Positions 20,412-30,349 of a DNA stretch of 64,000 nt are shown here, piece by piece. Within the stretch, counting starts at the first letter, position 1, and each line of letters starts with the position of its first letter. Where the stretch lies: the NCBI GenBank assembly GCA_963422645.2, contig CAXXVO010000021.1:96655-160654 (forward strand). Direction: 5' to 3'. The DNA is from Alphaproteobacteria bacterium. Its GTDB lineage: Bacteria; Pseudomonadota; Alphaproteobacteria; UBA828. The notes beneath the pieces were generated by a model. That model did not search any database and was not told the origin of the DNA. It was given only the letters and a program-made list of their open reading frames with translations. Made by a program: the position numbers and the translations under genes.

Positions 20412-21770
20412 TCAAATGGTCTCGAAATAGCGCTCGAACTCCCAGGCGCTGATCTGGCTTTTCTGCCAAGTGCGCCAGAGATCGATCTCGGCCCGGCGTG
20501 AGAGCGCGTAGTGATCCACGAAGCGGTCGCCGAAGGCGCGTCGCAGGAAGGCGGAGCTCTCGAAGGCCTCCACTGCGTCCTCCAGGGTGGCCGGCAGCTT
20601 GGTATAGCTCTCGTCGAGCGCCGCGTTGCCGGTGCAGAGCGGCGGCGGCGCAAGGCCGCGCTCGATGCCGTCGAGGCCGGCGGCCAGCATGCCGCCGACG
20701 GCGAGATAGGCATTGGCATCGGCGCCCGGCAGCCGGTTCTCGAAGCGCGCACCGTGGGGGGTGGGCCGGGTGATCAGCCGCAACGCCGCGCTGCGATTGT
20801 CGTCGCCCCAGGATGCGTTCTCGGGCACCCAGTGCTGCCAGTCGCGGCGCCGGAACGAGTTGATGTTGGGCGTGCAGAGCGCGACCAGCGCCGGCAGATG
20901 CTCGATCTGGCCGGCGGCATACTGCCTGGCAGTCTCGCTCACACCGCCGCCGTCCCAGAACGCATTCTCCCGGTCCTGCCAGAGGCTCTGGTGGACGTGC
21001 CCGCCCGAGCCCGGCAGGTCGGCATCGAGCTTGGCCATGAAGGTCGCGATCATGCCGCGCTCGGCGCAGAGCTCCTTGAGGTAGGTTTTCGCGCGTATGG
21101 CCCCGTCGGCGGCGGCGAGCGCAGGGGCATGGGCCAGCGCAAACTCGATGGCGCCGTGGCCGAGCTCCGTGTGCATGGAAACCACCGGCGTGCCCACCTC
21201 CTCCATGCGCTGCATGAAGGTCTCGAACACCGCGCGAAGCGCAGGCAGGCGCACCAGGCTGTAGGCGTTGCGCCCGCGCGAGACAGGTTGGAGGGTGGCC
21301 GGCGAGGCAGGCGAGGCGTTGTCGTCCGCATAATAGACGAAGACCTCGTACTCGAGCGCGAAACGCGGCTCGAAGCCCATTGCGGCGGCCTTATCGGCGG
21401 CATGCCGGAGCATCGTGCGCGGGCACTCCGGCGTCATGGTGCCGTTGGCGTCGTGGATATCGAGGATGGCCGCCACCGTGTCCGGTCGCCAGGGCAGGCG
21501 GCAGACGGTGGCGGGGTCCGGTTTCCCGTAAACGTCGGCGAAGCCGTTCTCGTAGGACGAGAAGGGCGAGAGGTAGACATCGTCCGCCGTGGTCAGCCCG
21601 TAGATGATGTTGGACCACCCGACCTCGCCGGAGAGACCCTTGTCCAGCGCGAGCAGTTTGCCGCGCAGCCCGCCGTCCAGGTCCGGCGTCTCGACCTGGA
21701 CGAAGCGCACGCCTTCGGAGCGCATCCGCTCGCGCACCGCCGCCAATCCCTCATTCGCCGTCGCGCTCAT
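20412..21770 (-). CDS. Glutamine synthetase-like gamma-glutamyl-amine ligase (PuuA-like)
   Basis: DLDGGLRGK, EYEVF, HTELGHGAIE, TFMAK, GSGGHVHQSLW, DNRSAALR, FENRLPGADANAY. Confidence 0.9.
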   Translation of the reverse strand: MSATANEGLAAVRERMRSEGVRFVQVETPDLDGGLRGKLLALDKGLSGEVGWSNIIYGLTTADDVYLSPFSSYENGFADVYGKPDPATVCRLPWRPDTVAAILDIHDANGTMTPECPRTMLRHAADKAAAMGFEPRFALEYEVFVYYADDNASPASPATLQPVSRGRNAYSLVRLPALRAVFETFMQRMEEVGTPVVSMHTELGHGAIEFALAHAPALAAADGAIRAKTYLKELCAERGMIATFMAKLDADLPGSGGHVHQSLWQDRENAFWDGGGVSETARQYAAGQIEHLPALVALCTPNINSFRRRDWQHWVPENASWGDDNRSAALRLITRPTPHGARFENRLPGADANAYLAVGGMLAAGLDGIERGLAPPPLCTGNAALDESYTKLPATLEDAVEAFESSAFLRRAFGDRFVDHYALSRRAEIDLWRTWQKSQISAWEFERYFETI

Positions 21771-22837
21771 TGCGTTGTCCCCACGCCGGCCGCCGCCGGC
21801 TTCTCATAGCCCACGCTGGTATAGGCCTCCACCGGCACCAGCGCGGGGTCCTTGTAGACCGACCAGCGGCAGACGCCGCCCTGCCTCGCCTCGGGCCAGG
21901 TCGGCGGGTCGATCACCCGCGTCGGGTAGCCGAAGCGGCGGATCGGCATGTGCTGGTTCAGCTGGCAGCAATGGACGCAATAGACGCAGACGCCTTTCTT
22001 GCCCCAGGCCCAGTCATGGGCCTCGGTGGTCACGGCAAAGCCGTACGGGGGTGCCATGCGGGGTCCCTTTGGGTCCGCGTCGCGATAGGTCCGCCCGCCG
22101 GAGCCGCAGGGGTCGAAGCTCAGCACCCAGCGGTCCGCCTCCTCCACGATCTCGATGGCGCCCATGCGCCCCGGCCCGCTCAGATGGCCGCGCAGCGAGA
22201 GCGCGGCGATCAGGATCAGCCGGTGCATCGAGCGGGGCCACGGGTGCGTGGCGGTGTCGTAGACGTCGTAGGTCTCGTACATCGGCGCCATCAGCTCGTC
22301 CCAGAGCGGGCCGATGCGGCGCTCGCCCAGGTGGCGGACCACGAGGTCGAGCATCCCGTAGACCAGGTCGCAGCCCCGGTCGTGAGTCTCGAGCCAGAGC
22401 GTGCGGGCGCGCTCCAGGTGCTCGCGGGCCCCCGCCGCATCGCCGGCACCGCACGCCGCCTCGACCTCATCGATCGCGGCCGTGTAGGCGGCCCAGCCCG
22501 CGTGGATGTCGAAGGGCTCGCCGGCCTCGCCCGCCAGCAGCCCGGCCAAGCGGGCCTCGCCCGCCGCTATTGCAGCCTCATCGACGCCTTCGCCGGCGAG
22601 CATTTCCCTGATCTGGTCGGTCCAGAGGGCGTAGAGCTCGTAGCCCTCGCGGGCTTCTTCGACCGTGTGGCGGGCGAGCGCCGCGGCATCCGCGAGGCGG
22701 CCGTCGTCAAGCGCTGCGGCTGCCAGCGTGTATGACGACGCGGCATGGTCCGCCCAGCCGCCGGCGCGCATCGGGTGTCCGATCACGGGATCGTCCACGA
22801 GTGGCCCCGCCGCGCCTCGGATCGCCTCCCCAGCCAC
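21767..22837 (-). CDS. Hypothetical protein with Cys/His motifs, coupled to the GS-like gene
   Basis: 356-aa ORF; FDPCGSGG, CVYCVHCC and VCRW motifs; 4-nt overlap with the downstream start. Confidence 0.75.
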   Translation of the reverse strand: MAGEAIRGAAGPLVDDPVIGHPMRAGGWADHAASSYTLAAAALDDGRLADAAALARHTVEEAREGYELYALWTDQIREMLAGEGVDEAAIAAGEARLAGLLAGEAGEPFDIHAGWAAYTAAIDEVEAACGAGDAAGAREHLERARTLWLETHDRGCDLVYGMLDLVVRHLGERRIGPLWDELMAPMYETYDVYDTATHPWPRSMHRLILIAALSLRGHLSGPGRMGAIEIVEEADRWVLSFDPCGSGGRTYRDADPKGPRMAPPYGFAVTTEAHDWAWGKKGVCVYCVHCCQLNQHMPIRRFGYPTRVIDPPTWPEARQGGVCRWSVYKDPALVPVEAYTSVGYEKPAAAGVGTTQ

Positions 22838-22950
22838 GCTCTATCCTAGCCGATCTGCAGTCCACCGCTCCGCGGCGCCGCGGGGCGGCCTCAGGGTAGG
22901 AAATCGCGCGCCATCGGTAAAGGAGGGGCCCGCCGCGGCCCCGCGCCGGC

Positions 22951-23940
22951 TCAGCCGCCGGGCCGCTCCACCGTCAGCACCTGCTTGCCGACCACGCTGC
23001 GGCTGCGAAATGCGTCCAACGCCGTGGCTGCGTCTTCAAGGGGCAGGCGGCGGGAGACGAGGGGCTTCAGCGCGCCGGCCTCGTACCAGCGAAAGAGATC
23101 GCCGAAGTAGGCGCGGTTTGCGGCGCGGTTGCGCTGAGCGAAGGCGCCCCAGGCGACGCCGACCACGCTGATCTCCTTGAGCAGGATGATGTTGGTCTTG
23201 GCCTCGGCGATGCGGCCGGAAGCGAAACCGATGACCAGCAGCCGGCCGTTCCACGCGATGCAGCGCATGGACGTATCGAAGATGTCGCCGCCCACCGGGT
23301 CGTAGATCACGTCGGCGCCGCGCCCGTCGGTCACGGCCTTGACTCGCTCGCGCAGGTCTTCGGTGCGGTAGTTGACCAGGTGGTCGGCGCCGTGCTCCTG
23401 GGCGCGCGCGAGCTTCTCGTCGCTGCTGGCGGCCGCGATCACCGTGGCGCCGAGGCACTTGCCGATCTCCACGGCCGAGAGCCCGACCCCGCCCGAGGCG
23501 CCCTGGACCAGCAGCGTCTCGCCCTCGGCGAGCGCGCCCCGCCCGACCAGTGCGTGGTAGCCGGTGGCGTAGACCACGGGGAAGGCCGCCGCGACATCGT
23601 AGGGCATGGCATCGGGAATGGGGATGACGCACTCCGCAGGCGCCACCACCTCCTCGGCCATGCCGCCGTAGGACACGTAGGCGAGCACCCGGGTGCCGGG
23701 CTCGGGCGCGTCCACCCCCGGCCCGCACTCGGTGACGATCCCTGAGCATTCGAGGCCGGGGCTGAAGGGGAAGGGCGGCCTGACCTGATACTTGCCCTCG
23801 ATCAGCAGGAGATCGGGAAAGTTCACGCCCGTCGCATGCACGGCAATGCGGACGCTGCCGGGCTCGAGCGCGGGCGGCTCCACGTCTTGGAACGCAAGAG
23901 TTTCGGGCGGGCCGAAGGCCTTGCAGATAACCGCTTTCAT
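22951..23940 (-). CDS. NADPH:quinone oxidoreductase family (MDR) protein
   Basis: GVNFPD, GKYQ, PGLE, GASGGVG, YDPVGG, IGFASG. Confidence 0.92.
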   Translation of the reverse strand: MKAVICKAFGPPETLAFQDVEPPALEPGSVRIAVHATGVNFPDLLLIEGKYQVRPPFPFSPGLECSGIVTECGPGVDAPEPGTRVLAYVSYGGMAEEVVAPAECVIPIPDAMPYDVAAAFPVVYATGYHALVGRGALAEGETLLVQGASGGVGLSAVEIGKCLGATVIAAASSDEKLARAQEHGADHLVNYRTEDLRERVKAVTDGRGADVIYDPVGGDIFDTSMRCIAWNGRLLVIGFASGRIAEAKTNIILLKEISVVGVAWGAFAQRNRAANRAYFGDLFRWYEAGALKPLVSRRLPLEDAATALDAFRSRSVVGKQVLTVERPGG

Positions 23941-23988
23941 GGCGTCAGTCTCGTGGATGGCGGGTGAATGGCCGGAGGGTGGCGTCTC

Positions 23989-24513
23989 TCAGTCGAGCAC
24001 CGTCCCGTCGCGGGCGAGCGGAGGCGCCACGGAACCGCCGTCGAACTCCACCGTGGCGATCAGCTCGACGGAGTGGTTGACCGCGAGCCCGCGGCAGCCG
24101 ATGGCGGCGCGCGTCGGCATCAGGCGCCGGCCGTAAAGCTCGACGAGCAGGTCGACGGCACCGTTGATGACGCGCGGCTGATCGACGAAATCCGGGCCTG
24201 AGTTCACGTAACCGGTGAGATGCAGCATCCGGTGCATGCGGTCGAGGTCGCCCAGCGCATACTTGATCAGGCCAAGGTAGCAGAGCATGCAATGGCGCGC
24301 CGCCTCGTAGCCCTCCTCGATGGTGCGGTCCTCGCCGAGGATCCCGGAGAGATAGGGCTTGCCGTCCTTCATGGGCGTGCAGCCCGAGAGGTAGAGCACG
24401 CGTCCCAGCGCGTGGTGGGAGACGTATTTCGCACCGGACGGGTTGGTGCCGTAACTGTCTTCCAGCCGGGGGAGCGTCAGGCCCGCGGCCTCGATCTTCT
24501 GCTCGATTGTCAT
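23989..24513 (-). CDS. RidA/YjgF-like family protein
   Basis: LYLSG, GYVNSGPDFVDQPRVINGA, RAAIG..L...SVE motifs; start MTIEQKIE. Confidence 0.85.
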   Translation of the reverse strand: MTIEQKIEAAGLTLPRLEDSYGTNPSGAKYVSHHALGRVLYLSGCTPMKDGKPYLSGILGEDRTIEEGYEAARHCMLCYLGLIKYALGDLDRMHRMLHLTGYVNSGPDFVDQPRVINGAVDLLVELYGRRLMPTRAAIGCRGLAVNHSVELIATVEFDGGSVAPPLARDGTVLD

Positions 24514-24587
24514 GGGCCGAGCATGGTGCGGGGGGCCGGCCAAGTCAACGACGGGGCCACCGCCGCCGCTTGGGCTATACTCGCGCG

Positions 24588-24962
24588 ATGGGCAGGCTGG
24601 AAGGCACCCGCGATGACGACGACCCGGCCACGCTTGCCAGCCGTTTCCTCGATCTCTGGCAGGAGGAGATCGCCGGCACCGGGCGGGGCGACGGTCCCGG
24701 CGCGCTCACGCTTCGCCTTGCCACCTTGCACCTCGCCGCGCTTGCGGGCGGCGGGGCGAGCGGCGCTCTGAATGCCGGCGCGGACGCCGGCACCGCCGCC
24801 CAGGCTCGGGCCGAGGCCGCTGCCGCTCCATCTGGGGATGGCGCTCAGCGGCTGGCTGAGTTCGCTCGCCGCCTTGCAGCTCTCGAGGAGCGGATCTCTG
24901 AACTGGCGGCGCGCGGACCAGGTGCAGGCGACAGCCCTTCAGGAGGCGCTGGCACAGGCTGA
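24588..24962 (+). CDS. Small hypothetical protein upstream of and overlapping the PHA synthase-like gene (possibly PhaE-like)
   Basis: LASRFLDLWQEE N-terminus and FARRLAALEERISEL coiled coil; PHA gene context. Confidence 0.55.
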   Translation: MGRLEGTRDDDDPATLASRFLDLWQEEIAGTGRGDGPGALTLRLATLHLAALAGGGASGALNAGADAGTAAQARAEAAAAPSGDGAQRLAEFARRLAALEERISELAARGPGAGDSPSGGAGTG

Positions 24963-26001
24963 TCCTGAGGCGCTGGCCCGGGCGCTGGGTGCCGAAACGG
25001 CGGGTCGCATCGGCACCTTCCTCGCCGGCATCGAAGGCTACCGGAACCACCCCTATCGTCGCCGTCTGGCGGACCCGCCGGTGCTCTGGCAGGCCGGAAC
25101 GACGAGGGTGCTGGCCTTCGGCGGAGACGCGGCGGGGGCGCCCGTGTTGCTCGTGCCCTCGCTCATCAACCGCGCCTACATCCTCGATCTCACGGCAGAG
25201 CGCAGCCTCGCCCGCTATCTGCGCGACCGGGGCCTTCGGCCCTATCTGCTGGACTGGGGGGCGCCCGGCGCGGACGAACGCGAATTCGGGCTCGACGACT
25301 ACGTCCTTGGCCGCCTCGCCCCGGCGCTGGGGGCGGTACACCGCGACGCAGGCCGGCCCGTGGCGCTCGCCGGCTACTGCATGGGCGGCACCCTGGTGCT
25401 GCCGCTCGCCGGCCGTGAGGATGTGGCGGCGCTGGTCCTGCTGGCGACGCCCTGGGATTTTTGGGCGGACGGTCGCCATCAGGCGCGCCTGATCGCGGCT
25501 CACCTGCCGGGTCTCACCGCCCTGATCGACGGCCTGGAGCAGCTACCGCCCGATGCGCTGCAGGCCATGTTCGCCGCGCTCGACCCGCTGCTTGCGGCGC
25601 GCAAGTTCAGCGCCTTCGCCGCGCTTCCGCCAGCCTCGGCGGCGGCGCGCAACTTCGTGGCGTTGGAGGACTGGCTCAACGACGCCGTGCCGCTCACGGG
25701 CCCGGTCGCGAGAGCCTGCCTGAATGACTGGTACGGTGCGAACGCACCCGCGCGCGGCAACTGGCGGGTGGGGGACGAGGCGGTCAGGCCCGAGCGCGTC
25801 ACGTGCCCCGCGCTTAATGTCGTGCCGGCTCGCGACCGCATCGTCCCGCCGGATTCGGCAGAGGCGCTCGGCGAGGCGCTCCCCGATGTCGAGACCTGGC
25901 GCCCGCCGCTCGGCCATATCGGGATGATGGCCAGCCCCCGCGCCAAGCGCCTGCTCTGGCGCAAGCTCGCGGACTGGATCGCCGTCCACGCCAGCGCTTG
26001 A
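24772..26001 (+). CDS. Class III-like polyhydroxyalkanoate synthase / alpha-beta hydrolase
   Basis: LVPSLINRAYILDL, lipase box GYCMGG, DRIVPP, GHIGM catalytic triad; next to phaB. Confidence 0.8.
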   Translation: MPARTPAPPPRLGPRPLPLHLGMALSGWLSSLAALQLSRSGSLNWRRADQVQATALQEALAQADPEALARALGAETAGRIGTFLAGIEGYRNHPYRRRLADPPVLWQAGTTRVLAFGGDAAGAPVLLVPSLINRAYILDLTAERSLARYLRDRGLRPYLLDWGAPGADEREFGLDDYVLGRLAPALGAVHRDAGRPVALAGYCMGGTLVLPLAGREDVAALVLLATPWDFWADGRHQARLIAAHLPGLTALIDGLEQLPPDALQAMFAALDPLLAARKFSAFAALPPASAAARNFVALEDWLNDAVPLTGPVARACLNDWYGANAPARGNWRVGDEAVRPERVTCPALNVVPARDRIVPPDSAEALGEALPDVETWRPPLGHIGMMASPRAKRLLWRKLADWIAVHASA

Positions 26002-26088
26002 AAAAGCGCGCACGCAAGCGCATATGAGGCGCACGCGCCGCCGCGGAATGGGTCCACGGCGGCGCGGATCATTGCCAGGGGAGAGAAG

Positions 26089-26811
26089 ATGAGTCGGGTC
26101 GCACTGGTGACGGGCGGAACGCGCGGTATTGGCGGCGCAATTTCGCTCGCGCTGAAGAACAATGGCTGCCAGGTGGCCGCCAACTACAACTCGAACGACG
26201 AGGCGGCCGAGCGCTTCCGCGAAGTCACCGGTATCGACGTTTACAAGTGGGACGTGAGCGACTTCGCGGCCTGCGAGGCGGGCATCGCCCAGATCGAGCA
26301 GGACCTGGGCCCCATCGACATCCTGGTGAACAACGCCGGCATCACGCGCGACGGCACGCTCCAGAAGATGACGCCGGACAGATGGCAGGCGGTGCTCGAC
26401 ACCAATCTCGGCTCCTGCTTCAACCTCTGCCACGCAACCTTCCCCGGCATGCGGGCGCGCAAGTTCGGCCGCGTGGTCAATATCGGCTCGATCAACGGCC
26501 AAGCCGGCCAGTACGGCCAGGTCAACTACGCCGCGGCGAAATCCGGCATCCACGGCTTCACCAAGGCGCTGGCGCAGGAAGGCGCGCGCCACGGCATCAC
26601 CGTGAACGCGGTTGCCCCGGGCTATGTCGATACCGAGATGGTGCGCGCGGTTCCTGAGGCGGTGCTGGAGAAAATCGTCGCCAGCATCCCCGTGGGCCGG
26701 CTCGGCCGCGCCGAGGACATCGCGCGGGCGGTACTCTTCCTCACCGCAAACGACGCGGACTTCATCACCGGATCGACGCTCTCGGTGAACGGCGGCCACC
26801 ACATGTACTGA
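26089..26811 (+). CDS. phaB: Acetoacetyl-CoA reductase
   Basis: SDR TGGTRGIG, NNAGITRD, SINGQAGQYGQVNYAAAK, LSVNGGHHMY. Confidence 0.92.
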   Translation: MSRVALVTGGTRGIGGAISLALKNNGCQVAANYNSNDEAAERFREVTGIDVYKWDVSDFAACEAGIAQIEQDLGPIDILVNNAGITRDGTLQKMTPDRWQAVLDTNLGSCFNLCHATFPGMRARKFGRVVNIGSINGQAGQYGQVNYAAAKSGIHGFTKALAQEGARHGITVNAVAPGYVDTEMVRAVPEAVLEKIVASIPVGRLGRAEDIARAVLFLTANDADFITGSTLSVNGGHHMY

Positions 26812-26834
26812 GTCCTACCGACGGGAGCACGCGC

Positions 26835-27557
26835 ATGGGACGGCTAGCGCTCATCACCGGGGGCACGCGCGGCATCGGCGCCGGCATCGCGCGTGCCTTG
26901 CAGGAGGCCGGCCACCCGGTGGTGGTCAACTACCACGCCGATGAGGCGTGCGCCGCCGCCTTCACGGCGGACTCCGGCATCCCGGCGCTGAAGTGGGACG
27001 TGAGCGAGGGCGAAGCCTGCCGGGCTGGGATCGCGGCGGTCGAGGCCGAACACGGCCCGGTCGAGATTCTCGTCAACAACGCGGGCACGGTCTCCGACAA
27101 CAAGTTCGAGAACATGACCGACGACCAGTGGCAGCGGGTGGTCCGGGTCAATCTCGATTCCGTCTTCTACATGTCGAAGGCGGTCTATCCCGGCATGCTG
27201 GAGCGGGGCTGGGGCCGCATCATCCAGATCGGCTCGATGAACGGCCAGGCCGGCCAGCTCAACCAGGTCAACTACGTCGCCGCCAAGGCCGGCATGCACG
27301 GCTTCACCAAGGCGCTGGCGCAGGAAGGGGCGAAGCACGGGATCACGGTCAACACCGTGGCGCCGGGCTATGTCGATACCTACCTGATGCGCGATATGCC
27401 CGAGCGGATCGCGAAGAAGATCATCGACAAGTCCCCGATCCGCCGCATGGGGTACGAGGAGGAGGTGGCCCATGCCGTGCTCTTCCTCATTGACAACAAG
27501 GCGGCCTGGACCACCGGCTCCACCATCACCATGAACGGCGGCACCCACATGTATTAG
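26835..27557 (+). CDS. Second acetoacetyl-CoA reductase-like SDR (phaB paralogue)
   Basis: Same SDR motifs (TGGTRGIG, NYVAAK, GGTHMY) with diverged substrate-loop residues. Confidence 0.85.
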   Translation: MGRLALITGGTRGIGAGIARALQEAGHPVVVNYHADEACAAAFTADSGIPALKWDVSEGEACRAGIAAVEAEHGPVEILVNNAGTVSDNKFENMTDDQWQRVVRVNLDSVFYMSKAVYPGMLERGWGRIIQIGSMNGQAGQLNQVNYVAAKAGMHGFTKALAQEGAKHGITVNTVAPGYVDTYLMRDMPERIAKKIIDKSPIRRMGYEEEVAHAVLFLIDNKAAWTTGSTITMNGGTHMY

Positions 27558-27603
27558 ATGGGGTCGCGGGCCGCCTCATCGCAGCCTGCTACCATACCCG
27601 GCC

Positions 27604-28377
27604 ATGCACCAGGACGTTGTCGACCTCAATGCCTTCTACCTGACCCGCCTCGGCCGGGTCACGCGCCGGATCCTGGACCAGCAGATCCGCCGGGTGTGGC
27701 CGCGCGTGCGCGAGGAGGTGGTTCTGGGGATCGGCTACCCGGTGCCCTTCCTCGGGCTCTTTCGTGAGGAGGCGGACCGCGTGTTCGCGGTCATGCCGGC
27801 GGGCCAGGGGGTGATGGCCTGGCCCGAGAGCGGCGGGCGGCAGGTCGCGCTCGCCGACGACGGCGTCCTGCCGCTGCCCGACGGCTGCATCGACCGCATC
27901 CTCATCGTCCACGGGCTGGAGTTCAGCGAGCAGCGCCGGCCCATGCTGGACGAGGTGTGGCGGGTGATGCGGCCGGACGGACGCATCCTGGTGCTGGTGC
28001 CGAACCGCCACGGCCTCTGGGCCCGCGCCGAGGCCACGCCCTTCGGCCACGGCTCGCCCTTCAGCGCATCCCAGCTGGGCCGGCTGCTGCGCGAGCACCG
28101 TTTCGCCCCGGTCGCTTCGGGCGGGATGCTCTTCTTCCCGCCCACGGGCTCGCGCGCGGTGCTGCGCACGGCTGCCGTCTGGCAGCGCGTGGGGCGCCAT
28201 CTCGGGCGCCCCTTCGGCGGCATCGTCTACGTCGAGGCGGGCAAGACCGTGTTCGAGGCCCTTCCCATCACGGCGCGCCGCCGCCGCCGGGTCATCGTGC
28301 CGCTGCCGCAGCCGGTGCCGGCAGGCGCGCGAACGGCCGCCGGAGACTGCGGCTTACCGTCGCGCTGCGGAGAGTAG
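27604..28377 (+). CDS. Class I SAM methyltransferase-like protein (YafS type)
   Basis: DVVDLNAFY...LG, HGLE, EVWRVMRPDGR, PNRHGLW, TPFGHG.PFS. Confidence 0.85.
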   Translation: MHQDVVDLNAFYLTRLGRVTRRILDQQIRRVWPRVREEVVLGIGYPVPFLGLFREEADRVFAVMPAGQGVMAWPESGGRQVALADDGVLPLPDGCIDRILIVHGLEFSEQRRPMLDEVWRVMRPDGRILVLVPNRHGLWARAEATPFGHGSPFSASQLGRLLREHRFAPVASGGMLFFPPTGSRAVLRTAAVWQRVGRHLGRPFGGIVYVEAGKTVFEALPITARRRRRVIVPLPQPVPAGARTAAGDCGLPSRCGE

Positions 28378-28998
28378 GAAGACCGCCTGCTCGCCGAAGA
28401 GGTTGGCGAAGCGACCGGTGCCGCTGAAGTGGCGCACTCGGCCCCGTGAATCCACCTGGGTGCGGCGCTCAATGCCGATGTCGAGCTCGCGGCAAAGCAT
28501 CACGAAGTCCTTGATCGTGCACGGCCTGATCATCGGGGTCTCGTACCAGAGCTCGCCGGAGCCGACGGGCGCCGGCATCCGGCCCCGTGTCAGCAAGTGC
28601 AGCCGGTTGCGCCAGTGACCGAAGTTTGGGATCGAGACGATCGCGCTTCTGCCGATCCTGAGCAGCTCCAGCAGCACGCCCTTGGGGTCTCGGACCGCAG
28701 GCAGGGTCTGGCTCAGCACCACGTAGTCGAAGGCGGCGTCCGGGTAGTCGGCGAGGTCGGTCTCGGCGTCGCCCTGGATGACCGAGAGCCCGCGTCTCAC
28801 GGAGGCGTTGACTCCCTCATGGCTGATCTCGATGCCGCGGCCGTCGACGCTCTTCTCTCGCGCGAGTAGTTCCAGCAGCGCGCCGTCGCCGCAGCCGATG
28901 TCGAGCAGCCTGGAGCCCGGCTCCACCAGCTCGGCGATCAGGCGATGGTCGGGGCGGGCGCTCTGGCGCATGGGTTGCCGCTGCGGGCCTGCATTCAT
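28354..28998 (-). CDS. metW: Methionine biosynthesis protein MetW
   Basis: LDIGCGDGALL, FDYVVLSQTL, SIPNFGHW, GRMP; downstream of metX. Confidence 0.93.
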   Translation of the reverse strand: MNAGPQRQPMRQSARPDHRLIAELVEPGSRLLDIGCGDGALLELLAREKSVDGRGIEISHEGVNASVRRGLSVIQGDAETDLADYPDAAFDYVVLSQTLPAVRDPKGVLLELLRIGRSAIVSIPNFGHWRNRLHLLTRGRMPAPVGSGELWYETPMIRPCTIKDFVMLCRELDIGIERRTQVDSRGRVRHFSGTGRFANLFGEQAVFLLSAARR

Positions 28999-29008
28999 GG
29001 ACGAGGTC

Positions 29009-30178
29009 TCAGGGGCTGCTGAGCCCGCGCCTGGCGGCGGCGCCGCTCAGAAACCCGTGCAGGGTCTCGAACATGTCCGGCTCGTCGAGCAGGAAGGAGT
29101 CGTGCCCCTTGTCGCTCACCACCTCGACGAAGCTCACGTTGGCGGCGACGGCGGCGAGCGCGCGCACGAAGGCCCGGTTCTCCGACGTGGGGTAGAGCCA
29201 GTCGCTGGTGAACGAAATCACGCAAAAGCGGGTCTCGGCGCCGCGAAACGCATTGGCGAGCACACCGTCGTACTCGGCCGCGAGGTCGAAATAGTCCATC
29301 GCGCGGGTGATGTAGAGGTAGGAGTTGGCGTCGAAGCGCTCGACGAAGCTCTGCCCCTGATAGCGGAGGTAGCTCTCGACCTGAAAGTCCGCATCGAAGC
29401 CGTAGGTGACGTTGGACCTGTCCTGCAGCGCCCGGCCGAACTTCCGGTGCAGTGCGGCTTCCGAGAGATAGGTGATGTGCGCGGCCATGCGCGCTACCGC
29501 GAGGCCGCCGACCGGATTGGTGCCGAGTTCCTGGTAGCGGCCCTCGCGCCATTCGGGGTCGGCCATGATCGCCTGACGGCCGACCTCGTTGAGCGCGATG
29601 TTCTGCGCCGAATGCTTGGCGGCACAGGCGATGGGAACGGCGGTGAAGCAGCGCTCCGGAAAACTCGCCACCCATTGCAGCACCTGCATGCCGCCCATGG
29701 AGCCGCCGGAGACGCAGAACAACTGCTCGATCCCCAGATGGTCGAGCAGCATGGCCTGGGCCTTGACCATGTCGCGGATGGTGATAACCGGAAATTCTAG
29801 GCCCCACGGGCGGCCGGTAGCGGGGTTGATCTCCTTCGGCCCGACAGTGCCCATGCAGCCGCCGAGCACGTTGCAGCAAATCACGAAGTAGCGGTCGGTG
29901 TCGAAGGTCTTGCCGGGCCCCACCATCAGCTCCCACCAGCCGGGCTTGCCGGTGACCGGGTGAGGGCCCCGGACGAACTGGTCGCCGGTGAGCGCGTGGC
30001 AGAGCAGCACCGCGTTGGAGCGCTCCTTATTCAGCGTGCCGTAGGTCTGATAGGCGAGCGTGAAGGGCCCCAGCGAGACGCCGCAATCGAGCTCGAGCGG
30101 CGTCTCCCGGCCGAGCTCGACGCTCAGGCCGGTCTGTGAATGCGCCGCCGCGGCTTGGCTCTTGGGCATTGCGGTCAT
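29009..30178 (-). CDS. metX: Homoserine O-acetyltransferase
   Basis: [29 protein letters not shown]. Confidence 0.95.
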   Translation of the reverse strand: MTAMPKSQAAAAHSQTGLSVELGRETPLELDCGVSLGPFTLAYQTYGTLNKERSNAVLLCHALTGDQFVRGPHPVTGKPGWWELMVGPGKTFDTDRYFVICCNVLGGCMGTVGPKEINPATGRPWGLEFPVITIRDMVKAQAMLLDHLGIEQLFCVSGGSMGGMQVLQWVASFPERCFTAVPIACAAKHSAQNIALNEVGRQAIMADPEWREGRYQELGTNPVGGLAVARMAAHITYLSEAALHRKFGRALQDRSNVTYGFDADFQVESYLRYQGQSFVERFDANSYLYITRAMDYFDLAAEYDGVLANAFRGAETRFCVISFTSDWLYPTSENRAFVRALAAVAANVSFVEVVSDKGHDSFLLDEPDMFETLHGFLSGAAARRGLSSP

Positions 30179-30349
30179 CGTTCACCCGGCTCCCAACGGC
30201 CGCGCCCCTTCGCCGGGTCGCTGGCCGCAAGTATCGCCGAAAGGGGGACAGACAGTTGCGATTTGAACCCGAAAGTCAATGTTCTCTTTGATTTTACCAC
30301 GGTCTTGGACTAGGACTCGCCACCCCCCTTTAGCCGTGTTAGCCATGCC

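Noticed and set aside
30180-30349. Possible SAM-II riboswitch before metX (GCTAAAG present)
   Set aside because: The required upstream GATT loop and P1 stem could not be found in the right order; needs an Rfam/Infernal scan
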